From Schizochytrium sp. TIO01 (lineage: Eukaryota > Protista > Bigyra: Labyrinthulomycetes), in contig SMSO01000031.1 in NCBI GenBank assembly GCA_004764695.1, positions 6,244,761 to 6,308,760 on the forward strand: a stretch of DNA of 64,000 nucleotides, read 5' to 3'. The translations under genes were made by a program, and so were the position numbers. Under the pieces are notes generated by a model that ran no database searches, had not been told where the DNA came from, and saw nothing but the letters and a program-made list of their open reading frames with translations. Each line of letters starts with the position of its first letter. The first letter of the stretch is position 1. This document shows, piece by piece, positions 12,489 through 24,467 of the stretch.

Positions 12489-13121
12489 ATGGCCTCCGTC
12501 TACGATTCTCAGGGAGAGCCGCTGTCGAAAGAGCTGAGCTGCGCAAAGGATGGGCGCAAGTGCTGGAAATTGAGCTTCAAGTCCGTTGACGACAACGTCT
12601 GTTGCCAGAAAGTCTGTGCTGCACTCCCGGAGCTCGACTGTGAGATACTGGATCTAAGCTGTAATGCGATTGGCCCTGCAGGAACAAAAGCATTGTGCGA
12701 TATATTACAAACACACGAGACTGTGCAGGATATTGATCTTTCTGCGAATTCCGTGAACGATGGAGGGGCTCTTGCTCTGGCTCAACTTCTCGAATGCAAC
12801 TCTAAAATTATTCGCCTTGACGTGCATGCGAGCCAAATACACGATGAAGGAGCACTTGCGCTTGCAGAAGCGCTCAAGTCGAACACAAGTTTGCGAGAAA
12901 TTGACCTTTCGGCCAACTATATCACTGATAAAGGGGCCTTAGCGATTGCAAAGATGCTTGAAGCCAATACAGGTCTTGTGTCGATTTCAATGCGATCCAA
13001 TGATTTCGAAGATGAAGGAAAGACTGCCTTGATCAAAGCGCTTCAGCAAAACCCAAGGATTGAGTCTTTAGAAGGCACTGACAGAATGAGAGCATTCGAG
13101 TCGATTTGCGTCTGTATGTAA
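12489..13121 (+). CDS. Small RNI-like leucine-rich repeat protein with C-terminal CaaX motif
   Basis: 28-aa repeats LDLSCNAIGPAG / IDLSANSVNDGG / IDLSANYITDKG / ISMRSNDFEDEG. Ends in CVCM. Confidence 0.85.
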   Translation: MASVYDSQGEPLSKELSCAKDGRKCWKLSFKSVDDNVCCQKVCAALPELDCEILDLSCNAIGPAGTKALCDILQTHETVQDIDLSANSVNDGGALALAQLLECNSKIIRLDVHASQIHDEGALALAEALKSNTSLREIDLSANYITDKGALAIAKMLEANTGLVSISMRSNDFEDEGKTALIKALQQNPRIESLEGTDRMRAFESICVCM

Positions 13122-13349
13122 ACCAAAGTGAAAAATATTAAATGAAGTGAATTCCAAATCAAAACAATTACTTTCCATTAAAATACCTCTATGTAGAGCT
13201 CAACTATAGTATGGGTGATGTATTGCATGGATAGAATATTATACAAGACGGTTCAAATTTCTTTTTTTCTCTTCGTCCATCCCACTCCAAAATCTCATAA
13301 GTCGTGGTTGAGCTAGAGAGGAGATGGTGATTGTGTAAATTTCATTTTT

Positions 13350-16139
13350 TTATTCCTCGAGCAGTGGAACATGACTTAAATCAGACATTGGGCTCGTCGG
13401 ACTGGCCCCTGATGATGTTGTTGAATCATCAGAATCTCTAGACCCGCGGAGTGCTGTGTTTTGGTAATTAAGACTGTCAATTGCTTCTTGTTCATCTGCA
13501 AAAGAAACGACCGAAGCAGAACTTCGTAGCCCATCCCGGCTGTTGTTACTTTGTCGAAATCCAGAAGGTATACGACATCCACTGGGTGTCCTAGGAGTCT
13601 CATATGGGTCATGGCTGTCCAGATATGGCTGCAATGGAGCCAACTTAGAAGAGGTTTTCTGCAAGTAGATTGGAATGAACATTGCTGCGCTCGCAAATGC
13701 TAGATAGGCTGATTTAAAAAGAGAAAATCCTGTGGAGGAGAGTGCCCTGATGTGAAATCCATAGCGCAATATTATTCCAAAAGTAAGCACCGGTAAACCA
13801 AAGAGGAAGCCAATCCAGAGCGTTGCGACCAAACAGCAGTAGAGGGGGTGCTCAACCTTTCGCAATGGACCTAAGCTAGTATACAACACATCAAAGCGAC
13901 GACGCCCATTCGCATCTGTTGGCACACGTTCTGGGTAGCGAAGACGGGGCCAATAAACAGTAGGGAAAAACCCCATCTCAACAGCATATTTTGCTTCGTG
14001 GAGGGCACCTAAAGTGGAGAGGAACGCATTGACCAAAGAATCAGGAGCAAATGAAGTAAACGCCGAGTATTTCCCTGGTGTAAGTGGTTTAAAGATCCCC
14101 ACCTCTGGACCATAATGATGCAAAAACGACTCTGCACCAATGTTTATGAGGAACCCAATTACAAAGGTAAGAAGAACAGCCTTCTGAAGATGAGGATGGC
14201 GTAAGGCATGATCACGGTCAATCCAAGTGTTGATGTAGTGTTCTTGCAGATCCCCTGACTCAAGCATTAAAACTTGGTATAAACCGCTACGCCGTTTTTT
14301 CAGCTCTATAAGTCTTGTTCGCTTGATGTGAATAAATCCGGATACGAGGCCAATGAGGATGGTTACAATTGCCAATCCAAAACTAGCAAAATGCACAACC
14401 TTTACAGTTTGTTTTGCAAAATCACACTGTGCAAACATCCTTTTGTGCTCAGCGGAGAGCTTTTCGTGAAATTCTGCACGGTAAAGTGGCAAAACCGTAG
14501 TTCGGATATGTGAAAGGACTCCAGTTCCTTGAAGTGGTTGCATCATGGCATTAAACTGAAGTTTTTGAATATAGCTAACTGGGGCACCAGTTGCCGTATG
14601 AAGATAAACATTAAGCAGAGCATCCCGCTCTTCATCTGGCATTGGCAGTCCTACAACACCGTCTCGAAGATTTTGATCTCCCTGTAGAAAATTTGGCTGA
14701 GAAATAAACATGGGAAATCCATGCGTAATTCTTGAGTAATTAAAAAGTCCCGACGAACCAAACATACCATATGCACTGTTGTAGGGATTCATTGTGGCAT
14801 TGTCAAAAGTATCTGAGCGTAGCCTATATTGAACCGTTTCAATATCCTCCATGGTAGCGTCTTTCCATGGGGTAAGATACATTTGCGTCTTTAGTGCCAG
14901 CATCCACACAGGTAATTCTGATCCATGAGCAATGCTAGCGGCCGGGAAAAATCCACCATCGGAACCTCCGACGGCGTTTGCACGAGGGGAATCCCAGAGA
15001 GGGGAACAAATCTTTGCTGGCGAACCCTCCTTCTCTGGGGTGCATATCTCAACGTGGTCTTTACCATCGAAAGCAGCAATTGACCGGATGAGATCCGGGA
15101 TGAATTTTCCAGTATGAATGCTATAGGCATCTGCGTTCTTCTCAAAGTCATCTCGAGTTGTCATATTCGGCATGAGTCCAGGAAAATTAGGTGCGTGACT
15201 GTTTTGATGAAAGAACGAAAGAGCGGAAGCGAGGAACTCGGGAGGTAAGAGCCGAACTAGGTCATTTGTGGTCGCCCCATCAGAGTTAAGCCTATCATCG
15301 TGGTATCCAAAGAGTAGGTCGTGTACACTTCGATTCACAGTGGCCAAATCCGTACTTGCACCGCGATACGCGAGCTCAAAAAGACCAGGATGCAGAAATT
15401 TGGGGTATTTAGCAACAAATGCATAGAAAGCGAAGAGCATAGGGAAATTAAGCATTTCAATATAAGTTTGCTTCGGGTCGCCAAAAGAAAGCTCGGGAAG
15501 AAAAACAAATTTCCTCCAGGTGCGGTAGCTCAACACCTCCCCATTCTGGCTCCAGGTCAAATTGTGATTCTCGAGAACAACTTTATATACAAAGGGCCCA
15601 ACAGTGTCTATTTCTGGTTTGGCGCCATCATACTTGAACTGGGTTGGGTTTGTGATGGTATGTGCATAGAGCTTAAACAGAACCCCATCATCGCTGTTTG
15701 CATTGCTCCGGAACATGGGCATTCCTAGGGCAGATGGGGAGTCCAGCATTAGCGACTCACGAAGTCTCTTTGAGAGCATAGAATCAAAAAGCATCGGTAG
15801 ATATACAGCCATGAGAAAGAGTATCACAGCAGATAAAACCGCAATCATCGCGCAGCACTTTGCTGACCCACAACTCCGTAGCGATATTTCTTTCTTCGCA
15901 GGCTGCCATACCTCAGGACCAGCTGGCATTGTAATGCCAGCAAGGTTTTCTGACCCGCAGGAATTACACCTTGACATCATCGTCGATGAAGGTATTGAGA
16001 TGAGATCTCTTTGAGAGTTTTTAAAGGAGCCATTCGTAACGTTCGTGTTCTGCCTATTAATAATCACCGGTGATAGTCTCGGAGCAGATCTGCGATCATC
16101 TTCGTCTTCGTCTTGTAGGGTTTCACTGCGAAGTGCCAT
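13350..16139 (-). CDS. CD36/scavenger receptor class B (LIMP-2-like) protein with an additional C-terminal multi-TM domain
   Basis: N-terminal TM, then ITNP...GAKP...VGPFVY, SVHDLLFGY, GSDGGFFP, PMFISQPNFLQGD, TGAP...KLQFN, and a second TM. About four more hydrophobic segments and a Ser-rich tail follow. Confidence 0.82.
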   Translation of the reverse strand: MALRSETLQDEDEDDRRSAPRLSPVIINRQNTNVTNGSFKNSQRDLISIPSSTMMSRCNSCGSENLAGITMPAGPEVWQPAKKEISLRSCGSAKCCAMIAVLSAVILFLMAVYLPMLFDSMLSKRLRESLMLDSPSALGMPMFRSNANSDDGVLFKLYAHTITNPTQFKYDGAKPEIDTVGPFVYKVVLENHNLTWSQNGEVLSYRTWRKFVFLPELSFGDPKQTYIEMLNFPMLFAFYAFVAKYPKFLHPGLFELAYRGASTDLATVNRSVHDLLFGYHDDRLNSDGATTNDLVRLLPPEFLASALSFFHQNSHAPNFPGLMPNMTTRDDFEKNADAYSIHTGKFIPDLIRSIAAFDGKDHVEICTPEKEGSPAKICSPLWDSPRANAVGGSDGGFFPAASIAHGSELPVWMLALKTQMYLTPWKDATMEDIETVQYRLRSDTFDNATMNPYNSAYGMFGSSGLFNYSRITHGFPMFISQPNFLQGDQNLRDGVVGLPMPDEERDALLNVYLHTATGAPVSYIQKLQFNAMMQPLQGTGVLSHIRTTVLPLYRAEFHEKLSAEHKRMFAQCDFAKQTVKVVHFASFGLAIVTILIGLVSGFIHIKRTRLIELKKRRSGLYQVLMLESGDLQEHYINTWIDRDHALRHPHLQKAVLLTFVIGFLINIGAESFLHHYGPEVGIFKPLTPGKYSAFTSFAPDSLVNAFLSTLGALHEAKYAVEMGFFPTVYWPRLRYPERVPTDANGRRRFDVLYTSLGPLRKVEHPLYCCLVATLWIGFLFGLPVLTFGIILRYGFHIRALSSTGFSLFKSAYLAFASAAMFIPIYLQKTSSKLAPLQPYLDSHDPYETPRTPSGCRIPSGFRQSNNSRDGLRSSASVVSFADEQEAIDSLNYQNTALRGSRDSDDSTTSSGASPTSPMSDLSHVPLLEE

Positions 16140-17353
16140 CTTGTGTTGAGTCAACAACTAGTTGACCGACCGACCGACCGACTAAGCATTCGGCAGCCAC
16201 TGAGTCCCTATTCGTTCAAGCTTTGCAATACAACGCTCAGGTGGATCCCAATCCACATGCCAGCGCTCCCATTCGGGTTTTGTTAGCTCATTCACGCAAG
16301 ATCGTCCGTCATGCATGATCACCTTCATTTTAATCACAGAGCGAAGAACTACGAAGGCAACAAAGCTCTTTCGTACCTAACTTTTCTTTATGAAGAAATC
16401 ATTGTTCGCCCCATTACTGTATACCTTAAGAGTGCATGACACACAGTAATACTACACTGTGTCTGGTGGGGTCAATAATCTGTGGAGGCATCTTAAGGGA
16501 CCAGGTGAATTGAAAGGAAATTCGTTGAAAAGACTAACACTTAAACAGAGGCTGAGGCACCGTTTGTTTGTGTCATCCGACGACACAGTGCACTCTAATG
16601 TGTTGAATGGGACTCGAGGCTTCACTTAGCCAAGCTGAGGTCGTGATGAGGATTGAGCACTGGCGACCGTCGACAGACACGAGTATTGTTCAGACCCGGT
16701 TTATGTAGGTATCTTCAAGTTAACGTTATTTGCTATTTCCGATTAGGGCTGTTCGCCATGATGGCACAATCCATCACAATGTTACGAATAGCAACAACAG
16801 ACGTAGCATTAGGAAGGTAGTTACCAAACCTTATTGATCAGGTTATTTGATTCATATCTCTATATAGATAGACGCTGCGTGTGGCGATGGCAGGCTTAGG
16901 TGGGAGACTTGCAGAAAATCTATTATCCTCAGGGATCAGTATCTTTCACTACTTCATGGAAACAAACTAGAGAGCCTCCTCAAAGTAGCTTTAGAACCAT
17001 TTGGAGGAAAGGCTCGCGGGTTGCTTAAGCGGATGCTTGTTTGCAACTTTTGTAGCTACTGAATATATAGATAAACGATTAAGGTGGTTTCATAAAGCGA
17101 GTATTTCTAGTACGGACTATAGTTTGAGGGATAGCATGCATATGCTACTTCAGATGCCAGGCTTCATTAACTACACAGCATCATACAGATGCATATATTT
17201 ATTTTATTCTGAATGTCTCTCTTTGAAGGGAACTATGACCCAGAATTATTTTCGATGAACCAGTAAAGGCGCACCTTGCTTCACGATAGTGTCTCGGAAT
17301 AGGTGACTGTAATATCTCGATCTGAGTAAAGAGCATGTTTTTTTTTCATTCTT

Positions 17354-18362
17354 TTAACCTCGGTATGAAACGAGTTGAATCGTCTCTTGCGCACCAAGTT
17401 GGCGTAAAAATTTAGCAATATCTCCAGCTGCTGTGATTTGGGCGACGGTTTTGGCCTCGTCTGCAGCTTGCAGTACACAATTGAGAGGCATGTTATCATT
17501 ATTTGCAACTGCATGGATGTCAGCTCCTAATACAACCAACAACTTAAAAATTGCAAGATTTGTGTGGGCACATGCAATATGGAGAGGGGTGTACCCACTT
17601 CTTGGGTGCATGGAGTTAACATCAAAACCACCCTCTTGAATCTGTATATTTTGAAAATGGGGAAGACATGAAGACGAAAAAGGTCAGGAATTCTTGGTTT
17701 GATGTGAGTGTCTATACTTTGGTCAACTTACTAAAACAGGAAAGATAGACACCAAGGTTGATTCTGAGACATTACTATTCTCCAAGAGGTCAAACAAAAG
17801 AACGCGCAACCCTGGATGGTATTTGTCAACACCATTTTGTAACATAAAACGAACAATACTTAAATGTCCTTTTCGACCTGCCCATCAAAAATTACAAAGC
17901 AATTGGAATAATTTCATGTCAGTGCCAAGTTGTGCTCCAGGATGGCACAATTAATAACTTACATGCGGCAATGAACATCTTGGCTACAGTCCAAGATAAT
18001 AACTCGCCTTCACGGCAAGTCAGCACAAGCTGCACCATCTCCTGCAATGTACCCGCTTCAGCTACTTCGACCAAGGCCTCATTCAGTTTGAGGATCGATG
18101 TTGCGTATTCAGGCTGGTCCCATCGCAGTTGCTTAATACGCTCCAACTCATCAGTAGGACTCGTCTGAATCCGGAAAAGCCCTAGCTGGCCAACGACGTT
18201 AGGGCGAGCGAGAGATTTCCCCGAGTTTTGCGCGGCAGTGACGCCAAATTCGCTGTCTTCAACTTGGCGAGCCTTTGCTATAGCCTCCTTTGGGCCTCCG
18301 TTGTCTTGCTGTACACAGTTCTCATCTTGAGCATCCAAGGGTTCGTCAGCGTTGAAGTCCAT
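17354..18362 (-). CDS. Ankyrin-repeat protein, three exons (18362-17963, 17877-17732, 17641-17354)
   Basis: GTAAGT...CAG introns at 17878-17962 and 17642-17731 splice in frame to give AACRKGHLSIVRFMLQNG and DVNSMHPRSGYTPLHIACAHTNLAIFKLLVVLGADIHA (ankyrin consensus). Confidence 0.8.
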
Positions 18363-19269
18363 CGTCTAAGGTAGGTTCTGGCAGCGTCTGGACTATGCTT
18401 CAATATCCAGATATCACACGCGATGAGCACTCAGCGACTGCTCCTTGACAAGAGCCGTCTTGAAGCAGTAGTTGTTGACCTCTGAGTTGGGCTTTGTCAC
18501 TCTCGATCTAGTTACCTACCGAGGTTGCCGACTTGTTGCTTGTTGATTTGTCAACGGAAGAAGTTAGGGACATATACAAACTGTCACTATGATTTCATTA
18601 ATGGCGCATCGCCAGGTTTTATTATTATGAGACAATAGGAGGAGAATGATGTTGTTTGGCAAGGGGATCTGTACTGATCTAAGATCAAACAGGCATGCTA
18701 AGCTTTCTACATCTGGATTGTTGAAAGCGAAAAAGGTCAATGTGGCGCCTGTGGGCAGTTGTTCTAGGCCTATTTAATATGCGACTATGCATAACATTGC
18801 TTTTGTTCACTACAATTTTGTTCTTTTTTGTTGAAAGAACAAAAACCAGCTTAAACTCAATGGCAATGCAAGCGCTTATCAAAGCTGTTTCAGCTCATGC
18901 GGGCACTCATGGATTTGCTTGACCTGATGTATTCATCCTGCAGGCCTGCAAATAATAAAAATTTTCATTGAAAACACGAAATACGTTTTTCAAAGTGGTA
19001 GACAAGAATTATATCTTAAGGGCATGCGTTTCCTAAATGGGAATATTCATTTCGTGACTCGAGGTCCCTCCTACATGGTCGTATGATGAAGAGAGCAAGC
19101 TAGTAATATTCTAAATTAGATTTTATCAGATTGGAAAATGGGTACATATATCTCTGGTATGGGGGCAACATTTCAGGAATGGCTTTTCACAAGTCAAAAC
19201 AATACAACAAACACGTGCAATCCTGCATGTAGAAATTTGCACTCGGTAAGCAATGCGTGAACACACAGC

Positions 19270-19779
19270 TCACCTTACGCGGCTTGACACTCTTCTCTGC
19301 CGAGCATTTTGACCTTGCAGCTGGGCACACGCGGCATTATTATTTGCACTGGCGGTTGTAGTAGATTGCTGGGACTCGGCGGTTGCACCACCACCATATG
19401 TTGGCAAAGATGACTTGCGCGGCCTCTGTTGTTGCTTCTCCATTTTCATGGCAGCCTCCCAGGAGTCCAGCCATCCTTGTGCCTGTCTCTCTGCAATGTT
19501 CGCGTGGACAAGAACTTCACCAAGGAAGGTCTGCACGTCCTTCAGACGCAGCGTGACTTTCTCCACAAACTCAGCACATTCCTCGATGCGCATCGTCTCT
19601 TCATCCTGTGCTTCCAAGGCACCTTTAGGACTTTCTGAAGTCATACTTTCACAGCCCACGGCTAGTTCAGATCCTATGTCAGCGTCCTGCTCGCCCCTGC
19701 AATCCCGGCACGCGACTTTGGCAAAACTGGCACTGCTTTGACACGAACTGCTTTCCTTCTCATTTCTTTCAATTTTCAT
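19270..19779 (-). CDS. Hypothetical coiled-coil protein
   Basis: 169-aa ATG-initiated ORF with an amphipathic helical centre (FVEKVTLRLKDVQTFLGEVL...). No family recognised. Confidence 0.5.
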   Translation of the reverse strand: MKIERNEKESSSCQSSASFAKVACRDCRGEQDADIGSELAVGCESMTSESPKGALEAQDEETMRIEECAEFVEKVTLRLKDVQTFLGEVLVHANIAERQAQGWLDSWEAAMKMEKQQQRPRKSSLPTYGGGATAESQQSTTTASANNNAACAQLQGQNARQRRVSSRVR

Positions 19780-20290
19780 CTGTCTTTCTCTACGAGTACT
19801 AGTACTAGCAGGCCTAAGACTACAACAATTTCGATTCTTCTCTAGCTAGCCCACTCATGTGAGAAGTAATACGCAATGGCGGTCGCAACAATATTCAATC
19901 GAGGCTGGCCACTCTTCAGAAAGACCTCACTTGCTTGTACAAGTCATTGCTTTTAGCTTGCAAAGGAGTGGAGACCCGACAGGACCGTATAGTCCAAAAG
20001 ACGCATATCGTATTTTACTTCAGTAAAACGAGCATTCGAAGCAGCTCTGACTATCATGACTTGCTTTTCGAGGTGACTTGCATCGTTCATGTTTCTTGGA
20101 ATTAGGCCATCCACAGCCCCATTTGTTTTCGTGCGACATCGTGTCAAAATAGTATCCGGGTGCGCAGAATGAGAACCAGATTGCATCCATCACCTCCTCC
20201 TTACACTGTAGTTTCCTTCTTTAGCGCAGCGATCAAAAACTGAGAACCGGCATCCACGAGCTCTGGGCCTTAAAGCGTTGCGTGATCCCA

Positions 20291-20659
20291 ATGGTTTTCT
20301 CAAACGTTCTACGAGTAGACAGATGCACATCGAAGATGGGTTGGAAGAAACCCGCTGTGCACGCGCCTGGACAAGCAACCAGCTTCATGAACTCCACAGA
20401 AGCAACCAACGAAGGAAGGGATCTAATGCACTGCTTTACATATTCGCATAAAAGTATGAATTTTGTCACTGCAGAAGAAGTTTCACAGATAATAGAAACT
20501 CGATACGAAATCCGCGACGCCATTCATTCAGTGGTAGCCAGAAACGATAGAGACGAACAAAGAAAGGCACATCTGCTGCACATGAAATTAACCTCGCTAG
20601 AAACTCGTATGGAAGCGCAATATGCGGAGAAGGAGATGGTTACTTCCTCTTTCCATTGA
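20291..20659 (+). CDS. Possible short hypothetical protein or exon
   Basis: About 120 codons with a charged helical C-terminal half. Gene structure unresolved. Confidence 0.3.
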   Translation: MVFSNVLRVDRCTSKMGWKKPAVHAPGQATSFMNSTEATNEGRDLMHCFTYSHKSMNFVTAEEVSQIIETRYEIRDAIHSVVARNDRDEQRKAHLLHMKLTSLETRMEAQYAEKEMVTSSFH

Positions 20660-21153
20660 GTATCACGACAATCTCATTAGTTTTGTTTTTACGAGTTTTT
20701 CTTTTCTATTTATGATAATGAAAACTTTGGACTCGAACACAGGAAAAAGGTTCTTGGCAAATCCAAATCAGTCTTCAACCGGTGTGGAGTTCTCGATTCG
20801 CGTCTTCGCGTGAGGCTCTACAAGGATAAGATGATGGGCGACACAGGCGTACAAGACTCCTCCAGTGAGGCCCGAGGTGAGTTAGAGGCACCCTGCACAG
20901 CGTCCGAGGCTTCGGCTTTGAACAGCAGCGCGGCAAGATCGGCATCGGCGCCAGAAACTAGGTTTCCGACTTTTTCCTCTGCTAGAAACGTCATGACCAT
21001 CGATTGACCTGAGGCCTACATTTGGGGCTTTGCATGGCAATGACCTTTGACTAACCTTTCTTGTCTTAAAACGTGGCGTTTGTGATCGGATGCTTTCAAT
21101 GTTTACTTGGCCTATCCCCAATGCCACGACAACTTCAACATGTAGTAGTCCTC

Positions 21154-21903
21154 ATGAATGAGGATGGCTTCTCCCCAAGACAATATGACGAGGCTGAAGC
21201 TTCTCTGGCTAAGACCATGAAGTGGCTCTCGATAACTGTTCACCTCCTATGCACTCTGTGCATGTTGCTTGTTATTTCTTGGTTTGCATCCTCGCAAGCC
21301 GGATACAGTTGGGCTACTGGCAATACTGGAGTCTTTTCATGGCATCCTACCCTCATGGTATTCGGCATGGTATTCTGCTATGCTGAAGCTGTGATTGCTT
21401 GGCGCACATTCTCGTTTTTGTCGCGGCCGATGCGCAAGGTTGCTCATGTGGTGCTTCACACACTTGCATTGGTATGTGTTGTAATTGGTCTTCGTGCAGT
21501 GTTTCGATTCCACAACGAAGCAGCCAAACCGATCCCGAATTTGTACAGCTTTCACTCCTGGCTGGGTCTCTTGACCGCAATTCTCTTTTTCGCTCAGTAC
21601 CTAGTGGGCTTTTGGGCATTTCTTTTCCCCAAAGCCGCAGACGAGACCCGCGCTGCTCTTGTGCCTCTGCATGCTCGTGCCGGACTCCTTATTTTTATTG
21701 TATGCGTGGCAGCCACTGTAACCACTGGAGTTCTGGAGAAGCTCACTTTTCTAAGCAGCTGCAACAGTAAGGTTGATGGTTCCGCTGATTCAACATGCTA
21801 CATGGGCAATTTTCTCGCTCTTGCGGTTGTTATTCTCGCATGTGTTGTGGGAACCGTTGTGTCTCTTCCGCATGGCAAGTCCGTTCTGGTCTCCGCTAAC
21901 TGA
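21154..21903 (+). CDS. Cytochrome b561 family (transmembrane ascorbate-dependent reductase)
   Basis: Six TMs with four heme-ligand His in FSWHPTLM, KVAHVVLH, NLYSFHSWLG and LVPLHARAG. The start could also be ATG 21121. Confidence 0.9.
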   Translation: MNEDGFSPRQYDEAEASLAKTMKWLSITVHLLCTLCMLLVISWFASSQAGYSWATGNTGVFSWHPTLMVFGMVFCYAEAVIAWRTFSFLSRPMRKVAHVVLHTLALVCVVIGLRAVFRFHNEAAKPIPNLYSFHSWLGLLTAILFFAQYLVGFWAFLFPKAADETRAALVPLHARAGLLIFIVCVAATVTTGVLEKLTFLSSCNSKVDGSADSTCYMGNFLALAVVILACVVGTVVSLPHGKSVLVSAN

Positions 21904-22523
21904 GGCCTATATACTTTCCCTTTCTCAGTCCAGTAGTAGTAGCTCGCAAAACTACTTTCATATTTTACTATCCTCACTCTTTTAAGTTTTGATTTTATCT
22001 GACCTAGAATCTTGCTAAGTCCTCCGTGACCCTGGCCTCATTTTGCCATATTTACTTTGTCTCCTCCTGCAACCTACCTCCTGCTACCTACATACCAGGT
22101 TTACTATGCTAAATAATAGCACTCTTCATTGAGAGACAAGTTATTTTACACAAATAAACAAATATCTCATAAATCTTATATCTCAGCGATTACCTACCCG
22201 ATCCTGAAAATTCTAACAATTCCATGATCTCCACATCATGCTAATTTCGGGCAACCCTCTTTTTTAAACCAGCAGTTCGTCTGCGCTCGTAGAGATAGTT
22301 CCAGTCTGGCATGGTAGTGGTCCAGCACCTTTGGATCGTTTAACAGTATTACCTAATATTATATAAAAACAGCACGAGAACACTCTCGATCAGCTATCCT
22401 GATGGCACTTTGCATGCGTCCCAGAACCACAACTCAGGTCAGGTCCTAAGCTTGCAGCGTTGGAGGTGTTCCTCGGGGAGTCTTAGCACGTCTCGCCAGT
22501 TCTAATCTGAGAACTTCGGCAAG

Positions 22524-23957
22524 ATGAGGGCTTCGGCATGGTGCCGAAAGCTTAGTGTTGTGCTCATTCTTGTGTACCTGGTAGTCTCGCTGTCCTGCGA
22601 AGAGGTAGAGGGTGCAAGAAGGGCTCGATCTCCACGGAAAGATCAACAGCAACAGTCGAAGGATTTCTACAAGCTTCTTGGAGTGCGCCGTGGAGCTTCA
22701 GAAAAGGAGATCAAGAAAGCATACCGCGAAGCTGCCAAAAAGTACCACCCAGATCGGGTCCAGGGAGACGATAAGGCCAAGGCAAAAGCGAACAAACGGT
22801 TTGCAGAAATTGGCAAAGCTTACGAAACACTCTCGGACCCAGAAAAACGCCGTATTTATGACCAGGTTGGTGAAGAAGGTCTTAATGGCAACGCTGGACC
22901 ACGAGGCCCGCAACATCAACAGCATCATCAAGGATTCCAACAAGGTGGAGGATTCCAGCAAGGCGGGGGGTTTGGATTTGGCGGTGGAGGCGGTGGTGGA
23001 GGATTTGATTTCGGTAGTATGTTTGGGAATATGTTTGGTGGTGGTGGCGGCGGTGGTCGCCCAGGCGGACCTGGCGGTGCAGGGCCGCAGTTCGGTGGTG
23101 GTGGACCACAACGACCTCCACCACCTGCGAAAGAAATGTTTAAGAATACTCCGGTGACAGTGCTAAATGGTAAGGCAGTGAGTGCTCAGCTAGCTGCGAA
23201 AAACCGCAAGACGAGAATGTGGACAGTTGTGTTCTACGATAAAGAAAATGAAAAATTAGAGTCAATCTTTGTAAAGTTGGCTGAACGGTACCAAGGCACA
23301 GTTCACGTTGGTGCAGTCAACTGCGCAAAGCCTGAAAACAAACGCGGTTGCGATCATTTTGCGGAATCCTCTCGTACGCGCAGGCCATTCGTCAAAGTGT
23401 TATTTCCTGATACTACCAAGACATTCACGGGCAAGAAAATCTCCACGAAGACTATTGCCTCCACTGTAGACAAGCTCCTAGAAAGCTTGGTTATCAAAAT
23501 TAGTTCCACAGATGAGGCGTTGGCGTTTTCAAATAAATGTGTAGCGAATGAACGACGTGCCTGTGTTGTACTGCTCTCTGACTCCAACCGTGTGGAACCA
23601 CCTGTACAATTAGGGGCGATTGCGGCTCACAACTATCAGAAGATAGACTTTGCATATTGGCCTGTGAAGAATGAGGCTGAAAGTACTAATGCCTATTCAT
23701 TCTTAACTCGCGGAGATGCTGTAAGCAGCGAAAGCTTACCATCAGATAAAAAGCTCCCGCTTATGTTCGCATACAAAACGGGCGGCCTTCTAGGCGAGAC
23801 GGAAGTAGAAAGGTACTTGTATGAGTCTGAGGAGGCTAAAAAGGACTTAAAATCTTTAAAACAGTATGCTCGTATGCTTGACGATGCTTACTTTGTAGAT
23901 CGAAGCGCAGCAAAGCGTAAGCAATCTTCTCGCGCTAGCTCCAAAGATGAGCTCTAG
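22524..23957 (+). CDS. ER-luminal DnaJ co-chaperone (signal peptide, J domain, G/F-rich region, thioredoxin-like folds, KDEL); ERdj3A/DNAJC10-16-like
   Basis: Hydrophobic signal peptide, then DFYKLLGV...KYHPD...[15 protein letters not shown] and a Gly/Phe-rich tract. Trx-like WTVVFY...VGAVNC lacks CxxC. Ends in KDEL. Confidence 0.9.
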   Translation: MRASAWCRKLSVVLILVYLVVSLSCEEVEGARRARSPRKDQQQQSKDFYKLLGVRRGASEKEIKKAYREAAKKYHPDRVQGDDKAKAKANKRFAEIGKAYETLSDPEKRRIYDQVGEEGLNGNAGPRGPQHQQHHQGFQQGGGFQQGGGFGFGGGGGGGGFDFGSMFGNMFGGGGGGGRPGGPGGAGPQFGGGGPQRPPPPAKEMFKNTPVTVLNGKAVSAQLAAKNRKTRMWTVVFYDKENEKLESIFVKLAERYQGTVHVGAVNCAKPENKRGCDHFAESSRTRRPFVKVLFPDTTKTFTGKKISTKTIASTVDKLLESLVIKISSTDEALAFSNKCVANERRACVVLLSDSNRVEPPVQLGAIAAHNYQKIDFAYWPVKNEAESTNAYSFLTRGDAVSSESLPSDKKLPLMFAYKTGGLLGETEVERYLYESEEAKKDLKSLKQYARMLDDAYFVDRSAAKRKQSSRASSKDEL

Positions 23958-24467
23958 AATAGCTGCGGATTGAAAAGTACAAATCACTGCAGAGTTCCTC
24001 TCATTCAACACATTAAAGTGGAAAGTCAAGATCACCAACGACAAATTGAATCTGTGTTCGGATATATAGAATTTACGAAGGAGTGGAACATGCTACGGTC
24101 TTTATAGAATTAATATTAAAATCTCCACACTATATACATAAAGTAGGATCATCCAAGTTCTTTTGCCAATAAATAAAGAATCATGTTAGCTGCTAACAAT
24201 GTACGACAAATTCTCTGCTCGAAGTAGAAATGTAATGCTACAACACATTTCAAGTAAGAATATAGAAACTAGATTTTCTAGTTTGGTTTGATCTGGTCTT
24301 GCAAGAAGAGACATCATTGCTTGGTTCGTTGTAGGACCAACAGTGAATTGACTGGAAGGAAACAGACTATATAAAGACACAATTTAATCTCATTTTATGT
24401 TGGAAAACAATTATCATCATCAGTTATGCTAAGAAAAGGGGGAGTTTAAGGATTTCCTATTGTTTCG

